From Octopus vulgaris (taxonomy: Eukaryota): a stretch of DNA of 64,000 bases. The DNA lies in contig OX597814.1 in assembly GCA_951406725.2 (NCBI GenBank), positions 94,054,001-94,118,000 of the forward strand. Direction: 5' to 3'. The translations under genes and the position numbers were made by a program. The notes beneath the pieces were generated by a model. That model searched no databases. It had not been told where the DNA came from and saw nothing but the letters and a program-made list of their open reading frames with translations. Numbering within the stretch: position 1 is the stretch's first letter; the number at the start of each line of letters is the position of its first letter. Of this stretch, positions 52,420 through 64,000 are shown piece after piece.

Positions 52420-54654
52420 CTGCATATAAACCTGCTAAACTTTGTATCTATGTTGAAAATATATGTAATGTTATATATTTATGCACTACGGCTAAAGATA
52501 ATAAAAATAGCAATTTCATTATCCAGTTTGCTTCAAGGAATAATAAAGTTATCAAAAGCAATCAGAAGATAATTGTAAAATACTGTTTTTCTCTTTAATG
52601 TTAAAATTAGTTTAAAATTCAAGAAGCTTTACCATAAAGCTGTTGAACTATTGGATAACAAATTTCGCAAAAAATGTATCTTTGGAGTAAGGGATAGTGT
52701 CTTCTGGAAATAAAGTATGAACATTTAATATTTTGGATCCTCAGTTATGTATGAAAGGAGTCACCGTAATATTAGCTAAATCATTGCTATAATGCTACGT
52801 CAAAGCAATTTTAACTGTGGGACAATTTTAAAACGGGTGATAAAGTAGCGTTTGTAAAGCTCCTTTTTTTTAATAAATCTAATATATATTCAATTTTGCG
52901 AAATATCCCTGAAAATCGAGTGCAACATCGGAAAAGATTTCTACCGGCGAAGCTTGATATTGACTGTCTATTAGGAAAAAAAAGACAAGAATTTTGTTTT
53001 GTTTTTACAGTTGCCTTGTACGAGTGCTTGCAACGATTCAAATTCTGCTAAAACTGACTTGAATCCAAGAAGTACTTTTATCTTATCTATCTTACTCAGC
53101 TCTGAACATTACTAGTATCTGTTGTATATCCCTATATATTTCTTGTAGATTAATTTTGTATGGAGAGAAATTGGGCATTTTTGTCAATTAAAAGCTAGTT
53201 CTGAATTAAAAAGTAGAGAAGAAAAAGTTGTAGTTTGAAGAGACAGTCACTCGGATTTGCCTTGTACTTTGAGAACGTCTGTTAAGAATCGTAACCTCCA
53301 AATATTCACTTCAAGAAGACTACAACAAGTTATTTTATAATTGTAAACCATCTATAAAAAGAACCCCTTCGCCAAATTAAAAAAAAATTTAATGTAAAAG
53401 TATTTGTTGTCGAACACAAATATAAGAAACAAAATTGTGCAATATTGTTTAGAAAATATTTTATTTAGTATGTGAAAATGTTTTTTTTTTAATTAATAAA
53501 ACATATAAGCAAGTATATGTATTTTGTAAATTATAGTTTATGTTACATGGAACGTTAATTTCGAAACAACACAGTATTGATTGGGTATTTCCAAAATTAT
53601 TGTATTTTATCGCGTTTCAATTACTTGTCCTAATTATCCAAAGGTAGTGCCTTGTTCGGGAATATGTACCACTGCCTATGAACCCAGTGTGGTTATATAT
53701 ATTGTTATTATCTAACAATTTAAATGTTAGTATTTCAGCATTTTACCATGTGATTCAGTAGTCTTTGCTTGTTAGCTTTTTACTCAGATAAGAACGTGCT
53801 TTTAGTAAAATACTAAATGTGAACACACCTGTTTAAGAAGAAAATTTCAGCATCTCACTTGCTGGGAAAGTATTTTTCTCTCTCGTTAATTCTCAATAGG
53901 TTCACTTCCATTTCGTTTTGTTTTGAAATGCTCTAAAATGCTGAATATATACTGTAAGAAGTATAAAGTACATAACCGATTTAGGTATTTTATTATGTTC
54001 TTGTACATCATATACTCTTATTAATAAATCTATCAAAAAAATGTAGGTGAGTTTCGTTTATTAATCAAACGTAGATTTTATACAAATTCAAAGAGTCTAT
54101 TAAAAGATAACGCACTGTTCTGTTCGCTTATGGATTACCTATACGGATCGTTAATAAATCCTTCTAAAGGTTTTTCACTCGTAAAATCAATAGTAAATAA
54201 GATCAGAGAAATATTGAAACGTTAGCATTTTTTGCATCTAATTTCTGTTAGCACGGTTTATATATTATTGACTTAATTGCTTGTATTTCAGACTGCGTGT
54301 TCCATTTCTTGAGATACATTGGTTTTTGTGTCTCGTAAGTTGTGCATTTATTACGTTAAAAACACATAAAACAAATCGATGTGTCTTTCGTTGACAATGA
54401 AAGGTTGTGACAAGTTACGTCGTGTTAGGACATGTTAGTCTACTGTAAAGCACATTGTCAACAAATAGAATAGGATCTCATAAATTAACCTGGTAGCATG
54501 TTTTTCAGAAACTTGTGAAAAAAGGATGATTAAGTAGGATCGGTCGTGGGAAAAACATGACTCAATTCATTCAGCCAGTAACTAAAAAACAACATGATGC
54601 TCTACTTGACATTCGGGCCAGAAGCTCAAATACGAACGTGAGTGTTTGGTTGTT

Positions 54655-55222
54655 AATCTGAAGATATGTTAAAAATCAAACATCTAGTCAATATCATGGT
54701 GTTTGCAGTTATCACTTGTGGTGGCGACGTTATACCTCCATTCATCTTCCTACAAGGTCTCAGACTCAATACCGAGGCGTACATACAGTGCCTGGGGGAG
54801 GTAGTACTCCTCTGGGTTAAAAGGGTGGTTGCTGGAAGGGCTGCATCTGGCAACAGGACTCTGTACCATGCCACATCACCCCTAACATCTGGCCACCTAG
54901 CTCCCCAAACTGCAAATCCCTTCATTATTATGTGTGGGGCGCAGTTGAGCGAGAGACCAACAAAACTTGTAACACAGAAGATGAACTGAAGGCAAGGATT
55001 ATGACAGCATTCACCAACTTCAACAAGAAGACTGTCCAGAAGAGTTGCAGGAGATTCCGAAGTCGTCTGGAGGCCGTGGTTGAAGCCAATGGTGATTTTA
55101 TTGAATAAATTTACTCTTAGTATTCCAAGATATTTTTATGTAATTTTGTTAAACATATCTGTTAAAACGAGATTATTTTAATTTTTGTGTAATTTATACA
55201 ACAATTTATTACTGCACCCGTT
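54655..55222 (+). mobile_element. Tc1/mariner (maT/DD37D-like) transposase 3' fragment and TIR
   Basis: IMVFAVITCGGDVIPPFIF..LRLNTEAYIQCL; WQQDSVPCH; NIWPPSSPNC..; ELKARIMTAFTN..FRSRLEAVVEANGDFIE*. Confidence 0.85.
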
Positions 55223-55285
55223 ATGTTAATATTCCGCTTATATGTTCAATTATAATAAAAACAATTTCACATGAATATATATTAA

Positions 55286-55339
<54 letters not shown>

Positions 55340-56449
55340 TACATGTAACAATTAAAAGTAAAGTGCAGGAATATTATTCTCCATTTGTATTTTAATGTCT
55401 TGAATACACATTCTGCACACTGTTTATAAACCAGCGAAGAACACCGAGTGAAATACTGTGTGATTGTTTATATCAGATAAATATCCTGTTATTCCATATC
55501 ATTCGACATTGTAAGCCAGAATGTCTTTATGCTAGAGTGCTCGGACTCTAGATCTGCATAGATTTATTATTCCTATCCATTCATTATATATATATATCAA
55601 GGACAAAATCAATAGCAATCAACTAAGGATAATTAATTCAGTGTATATACATACATAAATACATACACACATATATATATTATTCACATACATACACACA
55701 CAAATCTATAAGGTGTGTGTGTGTGTGTATGTGTGTATGCGTGTATGTGTGTATGCGTGTATGTGTGTATGCGTGTATGTGTTTGCTGTTACATTGATAT
55801 TGGTCTTCAGTGATCAATTATATAATGAGGCATCGAAATTGATTTGTAAAGCTTCAGAAATATCTTTGATCTATTGTCATGGTAACCTTGTAACCATAGA
55901 CAACATTAGTTGTTTCTGTCTTCATACAATTCCTCATCAATATAATGCGTATAGGTCACCTTCGCTATTACAGATAAATCGTTATAAATTATACACATTT
56001 ATAGAAATATCTTGCGACACGTGTTGATGTTAGTATACAAAGAGCTATTTGTCAATATTTGTGCATTCATGTAGCTCAAGTTGTAAGCATATATATTCCA
56101 TATCCAATGGTTGAAACAATTACGATGGAAATGTAGCAAAGTAATGTGTGTTGAAGTCTATGGTCATAAACCTACATTTATTTCAATATTAAAATTATTG
56201 ATTTTTTTTCTTATTGGCAGAAGACCAAAAATATTTTAGGGAGGGGTATAATCAATTCGATCGATCTTTGAACATGTCTGTTACTAATTTTATCAAACTA
56301 GGGGAGACAATATAAAGTCTTCACTGTCAGAATTACAACTTAGAAATAAGGAGACGTTAATAATTGCTCCGTGAAGATTAAAATATTTCGTCAACCACCG
56401 GTACAAATTTATGATATTGCATTACATTTTACAAATGTAGTAATAGTAA

Positions 56450-56518
<69 letters not shown>

Positions 56519-57319
56519 CATACACCAAAGCATTTGTCTTTGCTATGACTTAAAACAGCATCAGATGGTGGGGACATGGGTCAGGCGTTCCAGAGTATTG
56601 AGGAGTGTTGAACCACCTTTTAGCCAATATTGTTCTTAGGTCTACTCTAACCCGGCGTTGTAGCACATCTTAGGGTCCCTGCAATGAGTTAATTATCATG
56701 TCACGGAATTGCCTCTGCAGGGAGGTCATTCACAGACACCCCAACAGAGATAAGGCCGTTTAACGCTTTAACTACTTATTTATGATAATGATATTCCATG
56801 CAGTCCTGCATCCTATCTCCTGGGGATTGTGACACTTGTTGCACACGACCAATAGAAGTTTCAAAGTTGAGAGAGCGTAACTGGCTGTGCACAAACGCTC
56901 ACTATAATAATAATACCTGCTATCTTATGAGGTGTTTTATCGGACATTTAAAAAAACTAAAGGAGCCGACCCCAACGTTAAATCCAGAAGGAGGGACCCC
57001 AAAGTAGATACACGTACGGTTATACTTAACCAATATATATATACCCTGCGTCTCCAATGATGCTGTGAATGTGCTGACTTGAATTTCCTTTGTAGTTTAG
57101 TGGAGACGTAATAATAGGGTATGCGCACTTACATCTGGGTGGAGACCATGCGCAGCAGAGGTGGTGAAGTTACTGCATCTGCAATAGCATCAATCACGAC
57201 GGAAAAAGCTGCCAAAATATTGCTAAGTATTGTGAGTAGTTTCTACTCCTACTACTACCATAATATTACTACTACTACTACTACTACTGCTGCTGCACCT
57301 GCTGCCAGCGCTGCTGCTT

Positions 57320-57369
<50 letters not shown>

Positions 57370-57777
57370 GCTACTTCACACATTCTTCTTTGCATAACGT
57401 TCTCTTATTTCAGGTCCCCGAAATGCAGCGTTGTCTCGCTGTGTTTTATTAAAATTAATCCAGAAAAATATAAATTCCACCAGTAGAATTCTTACTCATA
57501 TCAATATTATTACTCAAGAAAATATCAGAGGGTAAATGAGTCCTGAATTGTTTTAAAACCTATTGCGATACTTACAACAGCCACAAAGTTCGATAAAGAA
57601 GAAATACTTATGAAGGAAAAAAGTGTTTGAGGGCATGAAACTACTACGGAAAATCTGGAAACTTTTGCTGACACATGTAATTTATATAATTCACACATAC
57701 ACGCTATGTCTGCAAGACAGCTCGTAGAATAACTCGGGTAACTTGATTTGCTGTGAGGACTATGTTTTTTTCCAGTT

Positions 57778-58032
57778 GTGGAGGCTTGTGGCTTAGTGGT
57801 TAAGGGTGCTGAATTCATGATCCTAAGATTCTGGTTTCACTTCCTGGACCAGGCGATACGTCGTGTTGTTGAGCAAAATACTTCATTTCACGTTGCTCCA
57901 GTCCACTCAGTTGACAAAAATGAAAACCCCTGCGACAGACAAGCGTCCCGTCCAGATGGGGGGGGGGGCGTATGCATACACCAGAGAAATGGGGAAACTG
58001 GCCCTACGTGTCTGTATGACTTAGAAAGGACC
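57778..58032 (+). mobile_element. tRNA-derived SINE (family 4)
   Basis: Head ggaggcttgtggcttagtggttaagg, degenerate B box, shared central segment. Confidence 0.7.
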
Positions 58033-58646
58033 TGCTCATCTTCCGAGAAAGAGGATAAAGAGACATTGTTGTCTAAGTCGTAAAATTGCGAATGAAAAAA
58101 GAATAAGATGTTGAAGAATTGGTTTGTAGAGAAGTGAAGACGGAAAATACCAATGAGAGATATGTGGAAATCCGTGTGAGTAGTAAGGAGTTGCATGAAG
58201 TGCATTAGTTATTAGCATTGCATTATCACTACATAGCAGAAATCTTCCTCAGGACTTTAATCTGAATACATTTTTTACCGACAAAACAATCACCTGTTTC
58301 CTCAAATTTCGGATATCAAAAAGTTTTTCTGAAATATATCTTCCTACATTTAAAGGGAAGTCTTTGCAATCAAACTGCATTCCTGAATTTCGTTTTTTCT
58401 ATTCCACTTCATTTTCTCTTCATATCTATTTACGAATATTTTCAAGCGTGTTGTTTCTTATCTCGATTCATTTTCCGATTTTTTTTATATAATTATATAT
58501 TCTTTTTCCTTCGTTCTTCATTTAAAAAGATACTTCTATTAGGTTTATTTGCTTGTTATTTTTTCTTTCTTTTACTTAAATACATTAATGGATTCATTCT
58601 CTTTCTTTACATTCAATATTTTATGTTAGATTCAGCCCTGTTCTAA

Positions 58647-58702
58647 TGTCTTCTTCTTCTTCTTCTTCTTCTTCTTCTTCTTCTTCTTCTTCTTCTTCTT
58701 CT

Positions 58703-58737
<35 letters not shown>

Positions 58738-58869
58738 TTCTTCCTCTTCTTTTTTCTTCTCTTTCTTCCTCTACTTCCTCCTTTCTTTCTTCTTTTCTTC
58801 CCCATCACCATCACATCACCATCCACATTGACTCCACCATCATCAACACTATCTCTGGTGCTGCTGCTG

Positions 58870-58936
<67 letters not shown>

Positions 58937-58945
58937 TACTACTTG
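58647..58945. repeat. (TTC)n and (CTA)n microsatellites
   Basis: Direct reading. Confidence 0.95.
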
Positions 58946-59079
58946 TGTGTACCTTGCATCATTGGCCTGTATTCGAAATGTACGCAAATGATGCTGTGGT
59001 GCTTGAAAGAAGTCAATGCACTCAACAATTATGCAGCACCAACTCCAGCAGGCGGGCTACTTTGTGAGAAGGGATGCAT

Positions 59080-59120
<41 letters not shown>

Positions 59121-59147
59121 TTGTGTATATATATATACACACATAAG

Positions 59148-59362
59148 AAAGAAGACAGCAAAGGGCCACTGATGAGGTCACAAAAGTGTGACGAAAGAAC
59201 TCTGGCCGAAATAAGATTAAGATTAATGTAAAAAATTAATCAAGCTGAAACAAATTAACAACAAATATATAGTGCGTGTGTTTTTATTGGTTAAACTGGC
59301 AAAATGACCTTTCCACATCTGTTTCAACACACGATTTCACATCAAGAATCTTGCAAAACGTG

Positions 59363-59365
<3 letters not shown>
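59148..59365 (+). mobile_element. Solo pseudo-LTR family A copy between (TA)n tracts
   Basis: Homologous to 5575-5767 and to the reverse complement of 1514-1750. Confidence 0.85.
59164..59207 (+). ncRNA. Minimal type-I hammerhead ribozyme, best-preserved copy
   Basis: GGCCA-CTGATGA-G-GTCAC(aaaagt)GTGAC-GAAA-GAAC-TC/TGGCC; perfect 5-bp stems I and II. Confidence 0.8.
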
Positions 59366-59393
<28 letters not shown>

Positions 59394-59439
59394 CAACATG
59401 GTAAAAATTAAATCAAATGCAAGCAGAGGAGAAAGGAAA

Positions 59440-59900
59440 ATCGTCAACGATCCCAAGTAAGTTCACAATAAAAAAACTGATAAAGATAGTGCTTTCATCA
59501 TCATGGATTCGGAATACTACACTAGCTCTTCTTCTTGACAATATATATGAAAACATTAACAATTATCAACAATCCAAAATAATGAAGAAGTACACTATCC
59601 AAATGGATTTAACAGAGAAATGCTTAACACGAATTGACTACAAAACTAACAATCTTCACCGACATTCAAAATTCCGGGGTGCCAAGCAATTGTGGTAGCC
59701 TTTATTACTTATTAATATACCACATCCCAGAGATATCAAAATGACACCAGGTGTGGTAGATTCCTCCTGTGAGACATATACAGTTAGTAATATCATTGAC
59801 GTACTTCTGAAAACTATTCTTTCTCGATATAAGTATATATCCTTCACATTTAAGTGTATATGAAACATCACTTGAGCAACATTTGAATCGGTTTTCATAA
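59440..59900 (+). pseudogene. Decayed PLE RT N-terminal fragment
   Basis: KTDKDSAFIIMDSEYY (ADKG motif), LTRIDYKTNNLHRHSKF, IKMTPGVVDSSCETYTVSNIIDVLLKTIL. Confidence 0.65.
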
Positions 59901-59954
59901 TAATGACTATCGGCTTCTTGAACAAGTGTATACTATTTTGTCTTCCTTCATACA

Positions 59955-59990
<36 letters not shown>

Positions 59991-60014
59991 TATATATGTA
60001 TATATTTATGTATA

Positions 60015-60059
<45 letters not shown>

Positions 60060-60065
<6 letters not shown>

Positions 60066-60466
60066 CAAATAAGAAAATGGAGGAGAACAATAGGTGGTTC
60101 AGCAATTTTTGGACATTAGAATGTTAACTTATTTATTAAATTGATAATTATAATAACATACATACATATAGCATATTATTTTTTACGTATAACTCATCAG
60201 ATATAAAATACAGTATTATATAAGGATATCAGTGATTATCATAAAAAATATGAATATACCAATTTTTATTCATGTTTTTATAATAATTACTGGTATCCTT
60301 ATATATTACTATATTTTATAGCTGATATCTTATACGTAAAGAATAATATGCTATATGTATGTATGTTATTATAATTATCAGTTTAATAAATAAATAAGTT
60401 AACATTTTAATGTCCAAAACTTGATGAACCACCTATTGTTCTCCTCCATTTTCTTATTTGCGATAT
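60060..60466. repeat. Imperfect ~400-bp palindrome (family E) with CTGATGA motif
   Basis: Outer 42 bp are perfectly inverted and complementarity continues to the centre at ~60260; tcatcag at 60194-60200. Confidence 0.9.
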
Positions 60467-60701
60467 GAATTAATGGTAAAATATATCTTTACCTTCACTC
60501 ATTTAGTACACTAGGTAATGTAATTGCAATGCAATAAAAAAACATTTGTGTATTAATAATTGGGTATTCTACCAGCAGTATATTGGATAGATATTATCCC
60601 TTAGTCGGTTGGATTCACAAACCCTACCGTTCTTGGAATTATATATATATATGTGGGTGTGTGTGTGTGTGTGTGTGGTGTGTGTGTGTGTATGTGTGTG
60701 T

Positions 60702-61008
60702 GGAGGCGCTATGGCCCAGTGGTTAGGGCAGCGGACTCGCGGTCGTAGGATCGCGGTTTCGATTCCCAGGCTGAGCATTGTGAGTGTTTCTTGAGCGAAA
60801 ACACCTAAAGCTCCACGAGGCTCCGGCAGGGGATGGTGGCGATCCCTGCTGTACTCTTTCGCCGCAACTTTCTCTCATTCTTTCTTCTGTTGGCCTGCTC
60901 GCTTAGCCAGCGGGGTGGCGTCATTTGAAGGCTAAAACAATGCAAAGCGCATTGTGACCAGCGATGTGTAGCAACATCTAATAGCCTGGTCGGTCACGGT
61001 GATCACGG
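60702..61008 (+). mobile_element. tRNA-derived SINE (family 1)
   Basis: Homologous to 910-1209. Confidence 0.85.
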
Positions 61009-61065
61009 TAATATATATATACACACACACACAGACAGATGGACAGACAGATAGATAAATAGATA

Positions 61066-61137
<72 letters not shown>

Positions 61138-61169
61138 TATATGTATGCATGTATGTATGTGTGTGTGTG

Positions 61170-61204
<35 letters not shown>

Positions 61205-62236
61205 GTTCACTATATTTCAAAAGAAAAGTTAATTCGGCAGCATTAACAGTATATCACTTTTTACGATAAAAAGAATTCTGATCCTTCATATAGTATGTTT
61301 TTTGTAAATTTCTAAATTTCATTTCAATAAACCTTCGTCTTTTATGCTCAAACATTAACTAGCATTCACTATAGTATAATGCAACATCTAATAAGATGTT
61401 ACTACTTCATACTATGAAATATTTCTTTAATAGACTGATATTTTCCTGCTTCTTAGCTTCTGACAGTCATTCTGAATTTCCTTTCATCACAGCAAAGATT
61501 TTCAGATGATATTAATACAACATCAATAGTATTCGCTGATGGTAATTTATTATTGTCACTTTAAAAGAACAGATATAATGGAGTAGTTTTATGTTTCATA
61601 CGAATTTTTACGTTGTAGTACATCCTACATCCTATTGCTTATTATTTGGCGCTTTTATGATTTTCTGTTCTGCTTGGAGAATTCCTTCATAAGCTCTATA
61701 TTATTTAACTCTGATTCAACTTTCATTATATTATTGTTAATAGAAAAGAGTTTGATATAAGGAGTTTTTATGCAAAGTTTTCGTTTTGTACTTCTTTAAG
61801 AATCTAATGATTCATAGTAAAACAATCCAACTATGGTACAGAAAATGCGAGTGTAATAAAATATGAATAATATATCATTTAAAATCATACTGTTCTATGT
61901 ACATTTAACCAGCTTTTTATTCCTTTTGCAACTACCTATGTATATATTTAAAATTTAATACGAAGTTTCTTTTTCCCTTTAGTTCATTTATTAGTTTCAA
62001 TCGTTGAACTGCACGAATTATATCCACACTGGCACTTCTCATTATCGATCAGTCTCTCTGACGGGATATAAACGAAGTAAAAAGTAAATATGTCACACAT
62101 GCAGCCACACATACAAATGAATACGTGCATACACACGCACACACATATGTATATGTATAAATTTGTCGGTTGTAATTTTCTACTATACGTTATCAATCTT
62201 CACCCATAAGGTTATGGTGATTTTGTGTTTGTCATG

Positions 62237-62283
<47 letters not shown>

Positions 62284-62384
62284 ACACATTTATATACTTA
62301 TACATGTATGCATTTGTGTATGTATATCTGCATGTATGTATATATATGTATGTGTGTATGCATGTGAAAATAAATAGATACAGA

Positions 62385-62561
<177 letters not shown>

Positions 62562-62669
62562 GTATGTACTTATGTAAGTATGAGTTTTATTTCAAGATTT
62601 CGGGCCAATAGACAAAGTGCCGGATTCTTCATGTATGTATGTATGTATGTATGTATGTATGTATGTATG

Positions 62670-62895
62670 TGCAAATTTGTATGTTTTATGTATGTATTCT
62701 CATGCATAAAGTTACATATCTAGACATGCTCATATATATTTAAATGATAAACTTCTGGAAATTTTGACAGATTTTTATAGTTCCAGTGATGGATTGGATC
62801 TGAAGCCTTCGAATTAGCTTTCTCCTTTCTGGTTTTGAGAAGCCTAATTCCTCAAGTTTAGTATTTAGGCAGTGTGTTACATATTCCAGGGCCCT
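62670..62895 (-). mobile_element. 3' end of R4/Dong-like LINE inside a (TATG)n tract
   Basis: Homologous to 6492-6720; (TATG)n on both sides. Confidence 0.7.
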
Positions 62896-63074
62896 AATAA
62901 GTATGTATGTATGTATGTATGTATGTATGTATGTATGTATATATGTATGTATGTATGTATGTATTTATGTATGTATGTATGTATGTATGTAGGTAGGTAG
63001 GTAAATATACATAGATTCCCAACATTTTTACTCGCAAAACGTTGGCCAACCCGAGGCTATAATAGAAAACACTT

Positions 63075-63182
63075 ATTTACATTTGACGGATATTCATTAA
63101 CACTGATATACTCTCCAGCCTTCATCAGTTGTCCTGGGGAAAGTTCGAATTTGGGATCTCATTCCAAAGGTATTTTCGATGC

Positions 63183-63242
<60 letters not shown>

Positions 63243-63446
63243 CATCATCATCATAATAACAATAATAACATCGAAAAATTCCTTTGGCATGAGAATCCAG
63301 ATTCGAAATTTCCCCAGGACAACTGATAAAGGCTGGAGAGTATATCAGCCGAAACGTTGTGATAAGAACAAAGAAGATGAGGACAAATATCCGTCAAAGG
63401 TAAATAATGTAAGTAATGTTCATAAGTCTTCTTTCAAATATAAAAC
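63075..63446. mobile_element. Inverted dimer of HHR family B around (ATT)n, inserted in a family-2 SINE with an 11-bp TSD
   Basis: agaaaacactt at 63064-63074 and 63447-63457; arms ~63077-63181 (-) and ~63268-63446 (+). Confidence 0.85.
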
Positions 63447-64000
63447 AGAAAACACTTGCCCATACTTGTCGGGAGATCGAACTGAAATCGAAACCACATG
63501 GCTACTAAACCTTGTACCAACGACTATTGGTTACTAACTCCCTGTTAAATGCAGCAATGCTAACATGGTGGCTTCGACTAGGTATTTACAATATCTGCAC
63601 TGATTTATGAATAAAACCCCAGCAACTGCATACAAATTGTACATAAATAAAAAAAAAATAAGTCATCCTTCCTCAAAACATATTCTGGTGACCGTGGCGT
63701 TACTGTGTGTAGTTCTTTTTGTTTAATATGATGTTCATGAGTGTAGCACTTCTTAAATAAAGTATTAGTATCTGCCTCATTTGATCCTCTCAATTCCAAC
63801 ACCCAGTTTTCAAATGAAGTTTCTGCATAGGAGCAATAGTTTGCACCTTGTACCAATAACACGCATATAAAACGGTTTTATGTTATTACTAAGAAAAAAA
63901 ACTTGCTCATGACATATTGAACTGCTATTCGTATCAGGTCATCATTTCATTAACTAATATCTAAACATAAAACTAAATTATTTATTCGTTTCACACTAAA

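Noticed and set aside
60702-60775. tRNA-like sequences (also ~1140-1209, 30170-30247, 45855-45930, 57778-57850)
   Set aside because: No complete cloverleaf, and each continues into a repeat body, so they are SINE heads rather than tRNA genes

Overview
AT-rich, microsatellite-dense eukaryotic (animal) DNA with no recognisable host protein-coding gene. The repeat families resemble those I recall from coleoid cephalopods (Octopus-like), but this is an unverified inference. The window is mostly transposon remnants: a Penelope-like element (PLE; RT + GIY-YIG) with an inverted pseudo-LTR, CR1-, RTE- and R4/Dong-like LINEs, a Mag-type Gypsy element with two LTRs, mariner, maT, pogo, hAT and Chapaev-like DNA transposons, Helitrons, a foldback element and several tRNA-derived SINEs. 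The main unexplained signal is a set of apparently unrelated short repeat families that each carry a minimal type-I hammerhead ribozyme (HHR) motif. They occur five times as inverted dimers with the same polarity (3' ends outward). One dimer is a perfect palindrome with 209-bp arms and one is bounded by an 11-bp target-site duplication (TSD). One HHR family is also fused to a tRNA-like Pol III head. Most short ORFs in the track are microsatellite artefacts. Boundaries of degraded elements are approximate.
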